Virus record (IMG/VR): IMGVR_UViG_3300028591_000099
Coordinates: 64,001-128,000 of that record
From: a virus
Taxonomy: Duplodnaviria > Caudoviricetes
Direction: 5' to 3' (one strand)
DNA: 64,000 nucleotides
Shown here one piece after another: positions 1 to 13,676 of the stretch. The notes under the pieces were generated by a model. That model saw only the letters and a program-made list of their open reading frames with translations. It made no database searches and was not told the DNA's origin. The position numbers and the translations under genes were made by a program. How positions within the stretch are numbered: the stretch's first letter is position 1; every line of letters starts with the position of its first letter.

Positions 1-2
1 AT

Positions 3-803
3 ACTTTGTATTTTGTTTATAACAATGATGAAGCGAATGACCTCGGCGAGCCTATTGGAAAATTATATTTAGGTAATAGACTAATTTCTAGCTCTTCTTC
101 TAGTATCGGAGGAGATATCTCGCTCTCAGATATAGCCGATATAGTCTTTGATGAAGGACTTGCGGACGGAGACTTTTTAGTTTACGATGAGGCCGAAGAC
201 AAATGAGTGAATAAGCCACTTGCTGAAGCACTGAATGTCCCGGTTATGCGAGGTGCCACAGCGGAAACCGCAGGTGTATCTGGATTAGTTCCAGTTCCAA
301 ATGCTGGTGACCAGTTAAAGTTTTTAAGAGGTGATGGAACCTGGACTGAAGTTATTGGTTCATTATCTCCAGAAGACTTACAAGCGATCCAAGATCTTCA
401 AGATAGGGTAGATACTTTAGTAGGCGAAAATCCTGATGATGAGGGCAAATCTGTTAGAGAGATTTTAGCGAGTGTCCTTGTTCCAGAAGGTGCTAAAGAG
501 AGTCTTGATACACTTGAAGAAATTGCCGCATGAATCCAAGATCACCCAGATGATGTCGCAGACATGAATGCCGACATTCAAGATTTACAATCCAGGGTGT
601 CTAGTTTGGAGAATGTAATTAATGGCACAGAAAGTATTCCTGGATTAGAAGAGAGGGTTTCGACTTTAGAGACTACAATGGGGACCTTTACCCCAGTTGA
701 AGGAAAATATCTGAACGTAGGTTCAGCTATATCCTATTTAGATACGTCTGTAACTGAGATTAACGAACGCTTAAGATGGCATGAACTCAGTGAGGGCGAA
801 TAA
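3..803 (+). CDS. Partial (5'-truncated) virion/tail-associated protein, read through 2 TGA-Trp codons
   Basis: ORFs 6-206, 207-533 and 564-803 share one frame separated only by TGA; gives EDK-W-VNKP and LEEIAA-W-IQDHPDD; ends TAA. Confidence 0.75.
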
Positions 804-825
804 TTAAACGAAAGGAGAATTAAAA

Positions 826-2541
826 ATGGCTTTTAATTTAATTAACTTTAAAAAGGGTACATTAGCCGGCTTAAACACATTAAAACAAGGTAATGGTGTT
901 GAGGAAGGTACTTTTTATTTAACTATTGATGAAGCTAAGCAAACCAGTAGATTATTTATTGGTACAGGTCAAAGTACCGCACTTCCAGTTAATAGTGATA
1001 TCCATATTTACACCACTTTATCAGAGTTAGAAGCTGCAAATGCCGCAACTCCATTCAACGATGGCGATTTTGCGTATGTTTCTAATGACAATATTCTTGC
1101 TGTTAAAATTGGTAGTGAATGGAAACAAATTAATGCTCCAGATAGTAGAGCTATTAAAGATTTAACTCCAAGTATTACAACAGCAAATGGTGTTGCTACA
1201 GTACAATGGGCCTTAAGAGATCAGAGTGATAATGTTATTCACGAAGCGGGCGAAGGCAATGTTGTACCATCTATCTCAATGGAAGGTGCAAATGGTGTTA
1301 GCGTATCCAGCAGTGGCAAGGCTTTAACTATCACTGGCACTTCTTATGAAATGGGTTCTGCGGCTGTTGTTGCTGATAGCGATACTGCTGTAATTAAATT
1401 ACAGAGCAAGGCAAATGCAAGTGCTACAGCTGTCGATGTTAGCAGTATTACTGTTTCCGGAGGACAGAATGTTTCTATTACTGGTGCGGCCAATAACATT
1501 GAAATTGCTGCAGCAGATACTACATTAAAGAGTGCTACCGGAGCGGCAGAAGCTCAGGGCTTCTCCATTACAGTTGAAGATACACAAGAAAATGCTCCAA
1601 AAGCAACTATTGATCCAAAAATTACTTTAGGTACTCATACTGCGGCCGCAGATGAAGTTCATTTTGTCAATGGCGTTGCTAACTTAAATGTTTATACTAA
1701 AGACGAAATTGACAGTATGAATAAGAGCCTCGATGCCTTAAAGTATAAAGGCACTGTTGGTACAGGTGGTTCTTATGCTGATGATGTAGAAGGTATTACT
1801 GCCTCTGGTAAACCAGCACTTGAAGTTGGTGATACTTTCAAATTAGTCGGTGCTAGTACTGATTCTTATACTGTTCCAACTAGTGGTGGTGGTTCAGTAA
1901 CCGCACATGGTGGAGATTTAATCATCGCTAATGGTACTGAAGGTTCTGATGGCAAGATTACTTCTACTTCATTATTCTATGATGTTGTCCCATCTGGTGA
2001 TGAAGTATTTGCATTCAAGGGTTTAGGTGCTAATAATACTGGCAATGGTATCCAGATTGAAGATGGTGCCAATACAGTTTTAGCATCTATGGAAGTTGCT
2101 GCTGGCAACCAAATCGCAGTTAGTTCTACTCATACTGGAACAAATGGTGAAAAAGCAGTTGTCACAATTGCTCATGGCTCTATTTCTAATGCTACAAACG
2201 GAGATGCTTCTACTGGTACTAAAGACAGTCAGAGTGCTCATGCATCTAAGACATTTAATGTTGTTACTGGTTTAACAACAAATAATGGCCACGTTACTGC
2301 TACTCAAATTACTCCAATTGAAGTTGTTGATACTGTATCTAAATTAGATTTAACCAATACAGCAGTTGCAGTTTCTGCTGCTAATAATGTTGCTACTGTT
2401 AGCGAAACTATTGCTTTGGTTGATGAAGCTGATGTTGCTGTTAATAGTAAAGCATTAACATTCACTCTTGGTTCTGATAATTTACAGATTACTGCTTCTG
2501 GAAATGCTATTACAGCTAACTATGTCTGGGGAACATTCTAA
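826..2541 (+). CDS. Virion structural / tail-fibre-like protein (571 aa)
   Basis: RBS AAAGGAG; Ala/Thr/Gly-rich; ALKYKGTVG...GDLIIANG module also seen in downstream fibres; its 3 Trp are all TGG. Confidence 0.65.
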   Translation: MAFNLINFKKGTLAGLNTLKQGNGVEEGTFYLTIDEAKQTSRLFIGTGQSTALPVNSDIHIYTTLSELEAANAATPFNDGDFAYVSNDNILAVKIGSEWKQINAPDSRAIKDLTPSITTANGVATVQWALRDQSDNVIHEAGEGNVVPSISMEGANGVSVSSSGKALTITGTSYEMGSAAVVADSDTAVIKLQSKANASATAVDVSSITVSGGQNVSITGAANNIEIAAADTTLKSATGAAEAQGFSITVEDTQENAPKATIDPKITLGTHTAAADEVHFVNGVANLNVYTKDEIDSMNKSLDALKYKGTVGTGGSYADDVEGITASGKPALEVGDTFKLVGASTDSYTVPTSGGGSVTAHGGDLIIANGTEGSDGKITSTSLFYDVVPSGDEVFAFKGLGANNTGNGIQIEDGANTVLASMEVAAGNQIAVSSTHTGTNGEKAVVTIAHGSISNATNGDASTGTKDSQSAHASKTFNVVTGLTTNNGHVTATQITPIEVVDTVSKLDLTNTAVAVSAANNVATVSETIALVDEADVAVNSKALTFTLGSDNLQITASGNAITANYVWGTF

Positions 2542-2600
2542 GGACAAAGTAAGTTAATAAATCTTCGAAATTCTTTATGTGTATTAGAGGATAAATACAT

Positions 2601-2636
2601 TAGGGAGAGAGGTATGTCCTCTCTCCCTATTTTTTT
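2601..2636 (+). terminator. Intrinsic terminator-like hairpin
   Basis: TAGGGAGAGAGG-tatgt-CCTCTCTCCCTA followed by T7. Confidence 0.75.
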
Positions 2637-2661
2637 ATACTAGGAAAGAAAGGAGAATTAT

Positions 2662-5600
2662 ATGGCTGATAAAATAAAGTTCTGGCCTATTAGAGGAACG
2701 GAAGCACAGATTTTAAGCCAACCTTATTATGATGGTAAGTTATATTTTGCGACAGATACCAACAAAATCTATCTTGACGCAAAAGGAACAAAACATTTAA
2801 TGGGTGGCGGTAATTCTGGTATTATTTATGCTAGAGGTACTGAAGAAGAAATTAAAAAAGTTTCTGAAGATGACAGCGATGATAATTATATTATTGCATT
2901 TAGTGCTCTAGAAAATCCAGACGTAGCTCCGCAAACTGACGATCTGATTTTAAACTCAGATGGACGCTTTTTTAGAGTTCTTTCTATTGATGTGGCTGAA
3001 TCAGTTATAAATGCTCAACTATTAGCTGTAAGTGGCTCAGGTGGCGGCGGAGGCGGAGAAGTCGTCGTACAGGAACTTACTATTGTTCCAGACACCTCAA
3101 CAGTCGGAAGTAGTTTTACTTATATTTCAGGACAGTCTTACAACATTAGTCTTACTATTAATACAACTACGGTTGATGATGAAGCCAATTTAACATTAGA
3201 GTTTTTTGCGAGTTCTAATGTTGGTACAGACCCAGTTTATACAATTATTAGAAATGGTGTGCCGATTGGCGAACCTATCTTAATTGATGTCGGGGAAGTA
3301 AGTTATATTGGAACCGGAATGTCATTGCGTATTAGAGCTGAGGCCGCAAACGCAAAAAATGCTGCGACTAGAGTATTTAATAACTTAAGATTTGTTGATA
3401 TGCATCTTGAAAAACCGGCTGGTTCTGGTTATATAAAAGCAGTTCTTGAATCGGATGTTGGTGGACTTAATTTAAGTTATATTCCTTATGGTAATAATTT
3501 AACATTAGCATTACATGCTGCAGTTGATAATAATGAGTTCCCTACTGGAGTTACGTTAACTAACCAAAATATGGGTAGCAGACAAACGTTATCTATTCCA
3601 GATCAATCTCATGGTATGCACACTGTCGATTTATGGGTTAGTACCGAAATTAATGGTACTACTTTAGAGTCAGATAGAGTCAGTTATGAGGCTGCTTGAG
3701 TTAAAAATGATGAAAATGTCCCAGTTATTTGGACTGGTCCATATCAAGAGACAGTCGTCCAATATGAAAATGCGATTATTCCATATATGGTATATGACCC
3801 AGTCCAACAGCAGTATGGTTTAACAACAGAAGTCCATTTCTATCACAATGGTGTAGAAATTGCGGCTTCACCAGTAAATGTTGCTTATAGCAGCTCTGGT
3901 TGGTTAACTTGAGACGTTACATCTTTATACCGTGTTGGTGAAAATAGATTTACTATTGTTTGCGGTGTTAGCAGTAAAGATGTAATTATTAATATCACCA
4001 CAGAAGGTTCAAGAGATTTAGGTTTAGTTAATGAATCTGCATTAATTACTAATTTCAGCTCTGCTGGTCGTTCTAGTTCAGAAATAAGAACTAATAGAAG
4101 TACTTGGAAATCTTCTGTTGGTAATTTTGCGGCTAATTTTGAGAACTTTAACTGGTATAATAATGGTTGAAAAGATGATAATGATGGACGTGGTTCATAT
4201 TTATCCGTAGCAAATGATGCATCTGTTACTATACCATTTGGTAATTTAAGTATTAATAATGATACTGATTACAGTTTTGAAATTAGATTTAGAATTAGGA
4301 ACGTTCAAAAATATTCAACCCTTGTTACTCAAATCCCGTTATATAAATATTATGATAGAGATGGTAGAGAAAACGTAAAGGGTGAAGAATTAACTCTTGA
4401 AGAAATTGAAGCAAGAGGATATACTGTTAAGGTAGATTCTGACGGCAACAAAGAAATGGAACAATCTAACCCGACTAGAAAGATTGTTGAAACTGAAAAT
4501 GGTGTTGCCTTTAAGTATTTAAATGGTAACGGCTATGGTTTCGCAATTGGCACTCAAGAAGCATATTTTGCGACCGCAGGTAAAGTTGTTAACGTTCGTT
4601 ATAAAGAAGATGAAGTTATTAGTATTACATTTGTTGTAGATAAGACTAATACGACTTTATACATTTATTTAAATGGTATTTTAACTGGTGCCGCAGATTT
4701 AAATAATGTTCCATATTTCTTAATGCAATCAATTCCATTCTTAATTAATTCTAAGTATTGTGATTTTGATTTATATAGTTTTAGAATCTACAAAGTTGCT
4801 TTAACGATGCCAGAAGTAATTCATAACTACTTATCTGACATGAAAGATATTTCATTGTATGATGAAAACCAATTAACTAATGTCAATGATGATACTGCAT
4901 TAGACTATAATAAATTAATTCAATACAATGAAGACCATCCTGATAGTCCAACAATGCCTTATGCTGTCATTGATATGTCAATGTATGACGATGATAGATT
5001 GCCTTATATTAAAGCATCTAATAATACTAAAGCAGCTTCTATTACTTTTGTTAACCCAACAGCAGATAGACTATTGGCTAAAGGTGAAATAACTGAGTTT
5101 GAATATTATACACATTGTCCGAGTTTTACCTCAGAAAATGTAGATATTAACGTTCAAGGAACTTCTTCTCAAGGTTATCCAAGAAGAAACTATAAGACAA
5201 AGTTTAAAAATGCTAAGAAAACTTGGGTTTATACACAAGGTTCTTTAGCAGGTACTCCAATTGCGGATGGTGGTACAGATAAAGATGGCAATAAAATTGG
5301 TAAAAAATGGCATATGGATAATACTTCATTAGCCACTAATAAGTTCACCTGGAAAATTGACTACATGGAATCTTCAGGTTCTTATAATACTGGTTTTGCC
5401 AATATGATGGGAAATGGCTTATATAATAAACACCCATTAGATGACCTCGGAATTAATGGTGAAAATTATCGTACTTCTGTCTATGGATTCCCACTCTTAG
5501 TATTCCACAAGAAAAAAGATGGTTCTTATGTTTATATTGGTAGATACAATATTAATCTTGATAAGAGTGCTAATGAATATTATGGATTTGAAGAAGAAGT

Positions 5601-8600
5601 CGAACATCCTTATGTCGTAAATGAAGATGGTTCTCACCCAACAATCGCAGAAGTTTCTGAATGCTGGGAATTAAGAGATAACCAGGGTGTTTGGTGCTCA
5701 TTCAAATATCCGAACGAAGAATCAAGACAAGCTGGATTTGGCACATTATCTGGTGATGCCACTGAAAGTGCTCCAAAGTTAGAGGCTCCATTACATTTTG
5801 AACCAAGATATAATAAAGAAGCTGATGAAATTGAGGCCGCTGCAAGTTATACGACAACACTTGATGGCAAAGATTATAGTGAGACAATTGGTAATGATAA
5901 TACTGCCATGTGTAACTATCTCCGTAAAAAATATGCTAATCTTGAGGTCTTATTTAACTGGCTAGATTCTACAGATACAGACAAGGCAACTAATCATGTC
6001 TGGACTGCGGAAGAAGGCGGGCCAAAACGTATTCCAGTCGTGTCTACTATCACTGGTGATAATACAGTATCTTATGAAACTATTGGAGATAAAACTTACG
6101 GTATATTTACTGCAGATACAAAAGAATATAGACGTCAAAAGTTCAGAGCAGAGTTTAATAAGCATTTAGACGAACACTATTGTGCTATTTACTTTATTAT
6201 GACTGAATTATTATTATGCTATGACTCTCGTGGTAAAAATATGATGATTGCGTCATTTGGTCCAAGAGAAGAAGGCGGCGATTATATCTGGTATCCAATT
6301 TTTTATGATATTGATACACAATTAGGCTTAAATAACGTTGGTGCTTTATTATGGGATTATAATGAAAATGCTACTGAAAATAAAACATTCTCGACTCCTG
6401 AAAGTGTGCTTTGGGTTAATTTTGCTGATATGTTTGGGGCAAATATTAGAAGTACATATGCTTCTTTAAGAAGCGGTGGAGATGGAGCACTATTAAGTTA
6501 TAATACCATTGAAGGTGCTTACACATGTAATCCAAATGTATTCAAAAACTCTATTGCGATGAGAGGTAAGAGACCAATTATCGCTATTGGATTAGATGAA
6601 TATTATAAATACTTAGCTCCTATTACTCAAGGTTATTATGATACTGCTGGTACAATTCAATCTGGTAGTAGTGGTAACTATTTATACGCTTGCCAAGGTG
6701 ATCGTATCTTATCAAGAGAGTTATTTATTACTAATCGTTTGAATTATATGGATGCTAAGTGAACTGCGGGTGACTATGAAGTTGAAGCGGCTAAACAGCA
6801 AGTTTATATGCGTTTAAATGTTAATGCTTCTGGTACTTCTGATATTTACTTAGATAGTAATACATTATCTGAATTACCTTCAACCGCAAGACCAGACCAA
6901 GAATTGGCTCCATACCCAGTGCCATATTTCGATACCATTCCGCAATATACTGCAACTCCATTCTTAAATCAATATGTTGTAGTCTGGTATGATGATACCA
7001 ATAGAATAGTATCTCCGGAGGCCTATAGCCCAGAAAAATATCCAAATGGTATAACTGTTGATGTAGAACCAAGTCGTGTTGACTCATTCAAAACAAGTGT
7101 TTTACAACAACAAATTGTTTATTTCCCAGCTGGTGATTTCTTATCTAGTTTAGGCGATTTAAGCACAAAATATCTTGACTCTATTGGTATTTATCATGGT
7201 AAGAGATTACTTGATATTACTCTTGGTAGTGATATTCCAGGTTATTATAATGACCAAGCTGGTTCTGGTACTATCTTTAGTTTAGGTGATGATGCTAACA
7301 GTAACAATAAGAAAACTCTGCTAAAGAAGATTAACTTAACTGGTCTTCGTAGACTAGCAGATTTCCAAGATGTTTCTGGTTCTGAAAAACTACAAGAGTT
7401 TAGAGCATTAAATACAGCATTACCTTATGCAGTATTTGCGAAAGGTGCTCCTCTTGATACATTACATTTGCCAAAATCAACAACTGAATTAAGATTGGCT
7501 GAGAATAAAAACTTAACTAAGATTTTAACAGAAAGACCGGTTGTATTAGAGTTCGATGAAGAAGGCAATGTTGTTCTTAATGCTGATGGTACTCCGAAAT
7601 ATAGAGACCATGAGACATATGAAGGTTTATATCTTGAGAATATCACTGACTATGATCCAAATAGAACTTATGAAGAGGCTTGTAAATTAACAACAATTCA
7701 AACCGATGCGGACGCACTTGGTTATGGTTCTTACCAGATTTTAGCAAATACAGTTGCTAGAAAAGTAGGGACAGATGGAACCTTAGCAATCCAAATGAAT
7801 AATGTTAATTGAACTCCTTATACTTTAGTAGAATATGGTGAAAGTCCAGTTGCTGGAACGAATTATTATGAATTAACCGACCATAGTACTTATATAGCAT
7901 ATACTCCAGATAGTAACTGAGATAATTTAACCTTGAATGGGAAGATTTATACATTAGATGAGAGTATTGTCCCAACAATTACCGATTTATCCTTATTAGA
8001 TACTTTCATTGAAGACTATGAATCTGCTTCTGAATTAGGCTTAATTAATCAGTTCACTAATACAAATGGTTCTGCGAGTGCGACAAGACCTACTATTACT
8101 GGTGAGATGTATGTTAATAATGCGGACGGCGAAGCAATCGCCGAAGACGAACTAACCTCTGTGTATGGTTTAGCTTGGCCGCAATTAACAATTAGAGCCG
8201 CAAAAATTAAGGAATCTTATTTAGCAAAATATATTCAAATTGATCCTAATACAAATAAGGAAATTGAATTAGACGTTGTTAGATATAATCCAGATACTTA
8301 TACTGGACAACCAATTCCTGAAATTAGCACTAAGGCTACTCCATATAGACAGTATTATGATTTCATTGGTTGGGCCTTTGAGCCAGATGGCGAGTTGGCT
8401 TATGACATTTCTACTAACTCCTGGACTGCTTTAGGTCAAAGTAAAGTATTTAGTGCAGAACAAAGTGTTATCACTTTATATGCAGTATTTACTCAGACAT
8501 TATACACAATTGAATACTATAATCCAGATGGAACATTGTTTGCTACTCAGCAAACAACTTATGGTCGTCCAATTCCTGCATTAACAGAATTACCAATATA

Positions 8601-9606
8601 CGCACCAAATGATTTAGAAGAACAAGAGATTTATTATTTCAAAGGTTATACTAGAGATATAGCAAATGCTTTACCTTCTAAAAATAAACTGCCATCTGTA
8701 TTATTAGATTTAAGCAGAACTTCTGTAACTGAAGATAATGTTAAGATTTATTTAGTCTATATTAAGCAAAATGTTCATGATGAAGCAACTGATTTAAAAT
8801 ACTTTGTATTCGAACCAGCGTCTTATAATGAAAGTGCGACTACGATTATAGCCGCTTATCAAGATGCGAGTTACAACGTAGCAAATGGTTATAAGATTGA
8901 CCTTAACCCAGACTATGTGGTATCTGGTAAGATTACTTTACCAAGTTATTATAATGGATTACCAGTCATTACACTTGGTAATAGTTTCACTAAATATCAT
9001 GGTGATTTAAGTAAAGATATTACTCACATCTTCTGGAAATCAAGTTCATCTGAACCTTGCACTGTTAGAACATTGGCCGCAAGTTCAAGACCAACTGGCA
9101 CAGTGACAATGAAACTGGAATATGTTGAAATCCCAGAAGGGGTTAGAACTCTTGGTAATTTCTTCTTCCAAGGTTTCCAATCAATAAAGACTGTTACTCC
9201 GGTTGCGGAAGGTGCGGAAAAGAATAGCATTATATTACCATCCAGTCTAGCTCTTATTGGATCGGATGTATTTAATAATGCTTTTGCTACTGGTGCTTCA
9301 CTTATCGCAATTAAGGTACCAGAAAAAGTCTGCTCTATGGGCGTAAGAGCATTTGGTAATATGTATGCATCTGTTGAGTCATTTGAAATTGGAACTTCTG
9401 ATGGAGGTTCTGATTTAGTTAGACTTGATAGTAGAAATCTTATTGAAAATACTGGTAGTATTGGCGGGCAGATTTATAACCATAATGCTGGTAGCACAAA
9501 TAGTTTAACATTCTATTACAAAACAACCGCTCAATATAATGGATTCTTAAGAGCAGATGGCAATTTCTCTAACATTATGTCAAAGAGTTATATACAAGTC
9601 GGTTAA
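2662..9606 (+). CDS. Giant tail/baseplate-associated protein (~2314 aa) with CotH-like kinase domain and C-terminal LRR-like region; 6 TGA-Trp
   Basis: One frame through TGA at 3697, 3910, 4168, 6760, 7810, 7918; NFNWYNNG-W; CotH-like motifs QGTSSQGYPRRNYK, YDSRGKNMM, WYPIFYDIDTQLG; BspA-like IPEGVRTLGNFFF and LPSSLALIGSDVF. Confidence 0.75.
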
Positions 9607-9617
9607 GGAGGATTAGT

Positions 9618-9839
9618 ATGAGAAAAACACCTATTTATACATATTTAGGAACAAACGGCATAATAACATCTCCTGTTCATCTTGAAGATATTTACTATAC
9701 ATTAAAATACCGCTTAGAGGCGGATGCTAATAAAATGTTGACAAATGATGGCGGAGAAACAATGGTAAAGTCAGTCACTGTTCCAGCTGATGAAATCGAC
9801 CAATGGAAAGAAGTATATTCCAAGGTCAGTTCTAAATAA
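9618..9839 (+). CDS. Small hypothetical protein (73 aa), possible fibre-associated chaperone
   Basis: RBS GGAGGA; directly follows the giant tail gene. Confidence 0.65.
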   Translation: MRKTPIYTYLGTNGIITSPVHLEDIYYTLKYRLEADANKMLTNDGGETMVKSVTVPADEIDQWKEVYSKVSSK

Positions 9840-9932
9840 TCAAACTTAATGCAAAATTAAGTATAATAGTAGATTAAGAGGGAGATAATTAATATCTCCC
9901 TCTATTTATAAGGAAGATAAGGAGGAAATTAG

Positions 9933-12155
9933 ATGATTACTTATATTGATAGTAGTAATAAGGAAAAATACACCGTATTATTCCAAAAAGCCTCTGCAAA
10001 ACTTGGATTAGCTCCAATTATTAAAGAAGTTCTTCTAGAAAATGGTGATATTGATTACAAATATTTTAGAAGAGTTCAAGAAGATGGAGAATGAAAAGAA
10101 GTTGAACTTAATCCAGAAGTCGCAGAAGATAAAGCCTTTATCGATGGGGAAACTTCAAAAGAAATCACTAGTTTAAATGAATATTTTCAACATATCAATG
10201 ACTTAGCTCAGCTTGCTATTGGTCAGGGACGTGCGGGTTCAGACCCTTACTTTTTAAGACTTCCATTAGACGAACCTTTTTTAGAGATTAACGCAAATAC
10301 TCGTGTTATCACAGTTCCAAGTCAATTAAGACAAATTGGTGTTCGTGGTGATAAGTATGCTGAAGTAGTATTCTTCAAAATTGATAGATATTATGATGCA
10401 GTTGATTTAGCAACTCGTCATATTTATATTGAATGGGAAGATGCTGCTGGAAAGAAAGGCGTCTCTAGAGACTTCTTAAAAGATACTCAATCTGAAAAGG
10501 ATAAAATTATCTTTGGTTGGGTTATTGGTGATGAATTAACAGAAGCTGTTGGTAATATTAAATTTGCTGTTAGATTCGTTGAATGGGCAACACAGGAAGA
10601 TTCTTCAGTTGCTCCAGAAGAGGGTAGAGGATTAGAATATAGTTTCAGTTCATTACCAGCTCAAATGTCAATTGTTGACAGCTTAAATTATTCATTATTT
10701 GAAGATGATGAAGCAGCAAAAATGATTGATACTGAAGGCCAGGGAGCAATGATTTTATTCTACTTAGAAGACTCAGATCCTGATTCCGCAGATGAAACTG
10801 CTCCTGAGCTCGCAGATGTCCCAGTATTTGTTCGTAATTTAAGACATATCATGGGAGCTGCTGAAGCTGAAGGTTTATATGAGGCTGATTTAGCTGATGG
10901 CAAATTAGAATTATTAGTTGAGGCTTCATCTCTTGCTGATAGTGGTAATATTAGTTATATATTTGCTAAGAAAGATCAGCTTGATGGCGGAGCCAATGGT
11001 ATAGTTGCTAAAATTAAGTTTATTCCGATTGAATTAGAGAGTGCGGCCGCAGCCGAAACCGATCGGATTTACTATCAAAAATTGGCTAATGACACATTTG
11101 AAGTTGTTAGTGTTGATAGTTTAGACTTCGTAGAAGGCCCAGTCACAGTTTATGAAAAGGTTGCTTATGCGATTGTCAGTGAACCTGGTTATTATTTCGC
11201 AAAAGCAAGAAATAGCGTAAGTGGCAAAAAGGCTAGTTCAAAAGAAAGTGATATGTTATATATCCCATATGCAAGTGCTCCAGAAATCAAAAAAGAAATG
11301 CCGAAGAGATTCGTCATTAAAGAAGCTGAGTATAGTCTTGCGAAGAACGAAACTATTGACCAATCTCAGATGCCAGGTGCACAACAGTCCAATATCCAGG
11401 TTCAGGCTGGCGAAGTAGGCCCGGCCGCAATCACTTTAGGTGCTGCTGAAGTCGGCCCAGTATTTGAAGCTGCTAAATCAGCTGGTTTATCCTATGAGTG
11501 GTTTAAGAGTGAAGCATTAGACGCTGAAGGTCATATGGTTGAGCCAGTTTCTATTAGCACTTCTGGACCTGAATTAGAGGTTACAGAACCTGGTTATTAT
11601 GCAGTTAAAGTAGTTAATAGTTTTAATAATGATACTGAAGAAATTGACAAAGAAGCTGCTGGCATCATCAGAGTTACAGCAATGCCTGAAGTGCCAGAAG
11701 TCTTATTCGAAGATTGGACTAAGACTGTTGTAAGCGGCGACCCAAGCACTAAAATTGAAATTGCTGAACCAGCTGCTTATGATGAAGTTAGTTATGAATG
11801 GCATATGGTAACTGGTGACAATGCTGATATGGACCCAATTGCTGAAGGATATATGGCTGACGCCGCAGGTAAGATTGAGTTCACTGAAGGAAAAGGCGTT
11901 ATTCCATTCCATCCATTAGCAGCAGGTTTCTATTACTTCATTGTTAAGAATGAATTAAATGAAGCTTCTATCTTAATGAATAGTGGCGAACAATTCGGCA
12001 CAATTTATGTTGCTACTGGAAGCAATGCCCCAGTAAATCCAACACCAACTCCACAACCAGAACCAAGTGATGAACCAGCAGACGTTATCGATGGTGGCGA
12101 AGCAGGTAATGGCGGAGAAGGCCAAGTTGACGGCGGAGAAACAAACGAAGGATAG
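9933..12155 (+). CDS. Baseplate upper protein (BppU-like N-terminus) with Ig-like repeats, ~740 aa; 1 TGA-Trp
   Basis: RBS AAGGAGG, ATG 9933 in frame with ORF 10665; TGA at 10092; GVRGDKYAEVVFFKIDRYYDAVDL; repeated EPGYY strands. Confidence 0.65.
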
Positions 12156-12174
12156 TAAGAGAGGTAGATAACCT

Positions 12175-12831
12175 ATGATTACAACTCCTGAGGAATATAT
12201 AAAATACCTATGAGGGATTGAGTCAAAGGATGAAGAAGGCAATGTTATAAATCCTTATAACAATAAGCCTATTCTATCTATCATTTTGCCGTCAGATGAA
12301 AGAACTTTTGATGTCGATCTCAGCAAGAGAGAAATATCTGTTCCTACTTTTTTAAGTGTTTCAAAAGACCACAGAGCAGAAACAGTATATTTCTTAGTAG
12401 ATAGATATTATGAATACAAAGATTTAGCTCAAACATCTTGTATGATTGAGTATATAAATGCGGCCGGGGAGGGTGGCTTCTACCCGGTCCCATTCTATGA
12501 TATCTCTTCTTATCCGAGATATTTTGATGAGAATGAAGTCGCTCACGAAGCTAAGATGCTTATACCTTGGTGTATCGAGGGTGACGTTACAAAAGCCGCA
12601 GGTGCAGTCCAATTTGTATTGAGATTTTATGAATTAGACGATGCCAATGAAAAGTTCGTTTATAATATAAGAACAAAGGACGCTACTGGGCAAGTTTTAA
12701 ATGGTCTTGATGAAAGCACCATTGACGCGAGTATCAATAACGATTTTATGAGTAATATCGCTCAACAAATTAACGCAAAGTTAGATAGTGTTGAAGGCAC
12801 AATATATTGAGACGATTTACCTAATTATTAA
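12175..12831 (+). CDS. BppU-N-like baseplate protein, 218 aa; 2 TGA-Trp
   Basis: ATG 12175 in frame with ORF 12286; TGA at codon 13 and at 12808; SKDHRAETVYFLVDRYYEYKDL is paralogous to the upstream gene; ends TAA. Confidence 0.65.
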
Positions 12832-12834
12832 CCT

Positions 12835-12869
12835 ATAAGGGTCTCCTTTTGGAGACCCTTATTTTTTTT
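12835..12869 (+). terminator. Intrinsic terminator
   Basis: ATAAGGGTCTCC-tttt-GGAGACCCTTAT plus T-tract. Confidence 0.8.
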
Positions 12870-12980
12870 GGCCAAATGAAGGTAAATATATAGTCTTAAT
12901 TTTCAATTAACTTAGGAAATAAAGATTTCCTATTACTGGAAATTTTATGATATAATAAAGAGAGAAAGGAGACGTATAAA

Positions 12981-13676
12981 ATGCCAGATAATGAAAGAAC
13001 AACACCTTTAATTAAGATGAAAGTAGGCACAATTACCGACTTAGCAGAAAATACAAATTATCCAGCATTAGAACCCGGCAGTGTTTTGTTTGCGATAGAT
13101 GCTGAAACCGGTAAAGGCAAAATCTTATTTGATTTACCTACTGAATTGAGAAATAGTGAGCATCCAGAAAACTACCGCATTATTATGTCAACCGATGCGG
13201 AGTTCGCTGATTATGCAACTACTGCTGGAACGGCTCAACAGGCAAACGTCGCAACAGCAGCAGGCGTTTTATCTAACTTCCCACCTATTGATGGTGTAGG
13301 TTTTGATGGTTCCAAATCCATTATTCACTACGGCGTTTGTAATACCGGAGCAGCGGTCGCCGCAAAAACAGTTACTTGCCAAGATTTTGGATTATTAACT
13401 GGTTCCAGAATTATGGTAAAATATACTTATACAAATACAGCAGAAAATCCGACTTTAAGTGTTAATAATTCACCAGCAAAACCAATTTACTATAAAGGAG
13501 CAGCAATGCCAACTCCTTATATTCAAGCCAATTCAGTTCACGAATATGTGTATGATGGAACTAATTGGAACTATGTTGGCACATTAGCAAGTGAATTAGG
13601 AATTACGATTGATGAGAATATAAATACTTTATTTATCACCTCGCCAATCGAGAATGGAGATGGGGTGAGTTACTAA
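12981..13676 (+). CDS. Tail-fibre-associated protein (231 aa)
   Basis: YGVCNTGAAVAAKTV...PTLSVNNSPAKPIYYKG fibre module; ends NGDGVSY and overlaps the next start. Confidence 0.65.
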   Translation: MPDNERTTPLIKMKVGTITDLAENTNYPALEPGSVLFAIDAETGKGKILFDLPTELRNSEHPENYRIIMSTDAEFADYATTAGTAQQANVATAAGVLSNFPPIDGVGFDGSKSIIHYGVCNTGAAVAAKTVTCQDFGLLTGSRIMVKYTYTNTAENPTLSVNNSPAKPIYYKGAAMPTPYIQANSVHEYVYDGTNWNYVGTLASELGITIDENINTLFITSPIENGDGVSY

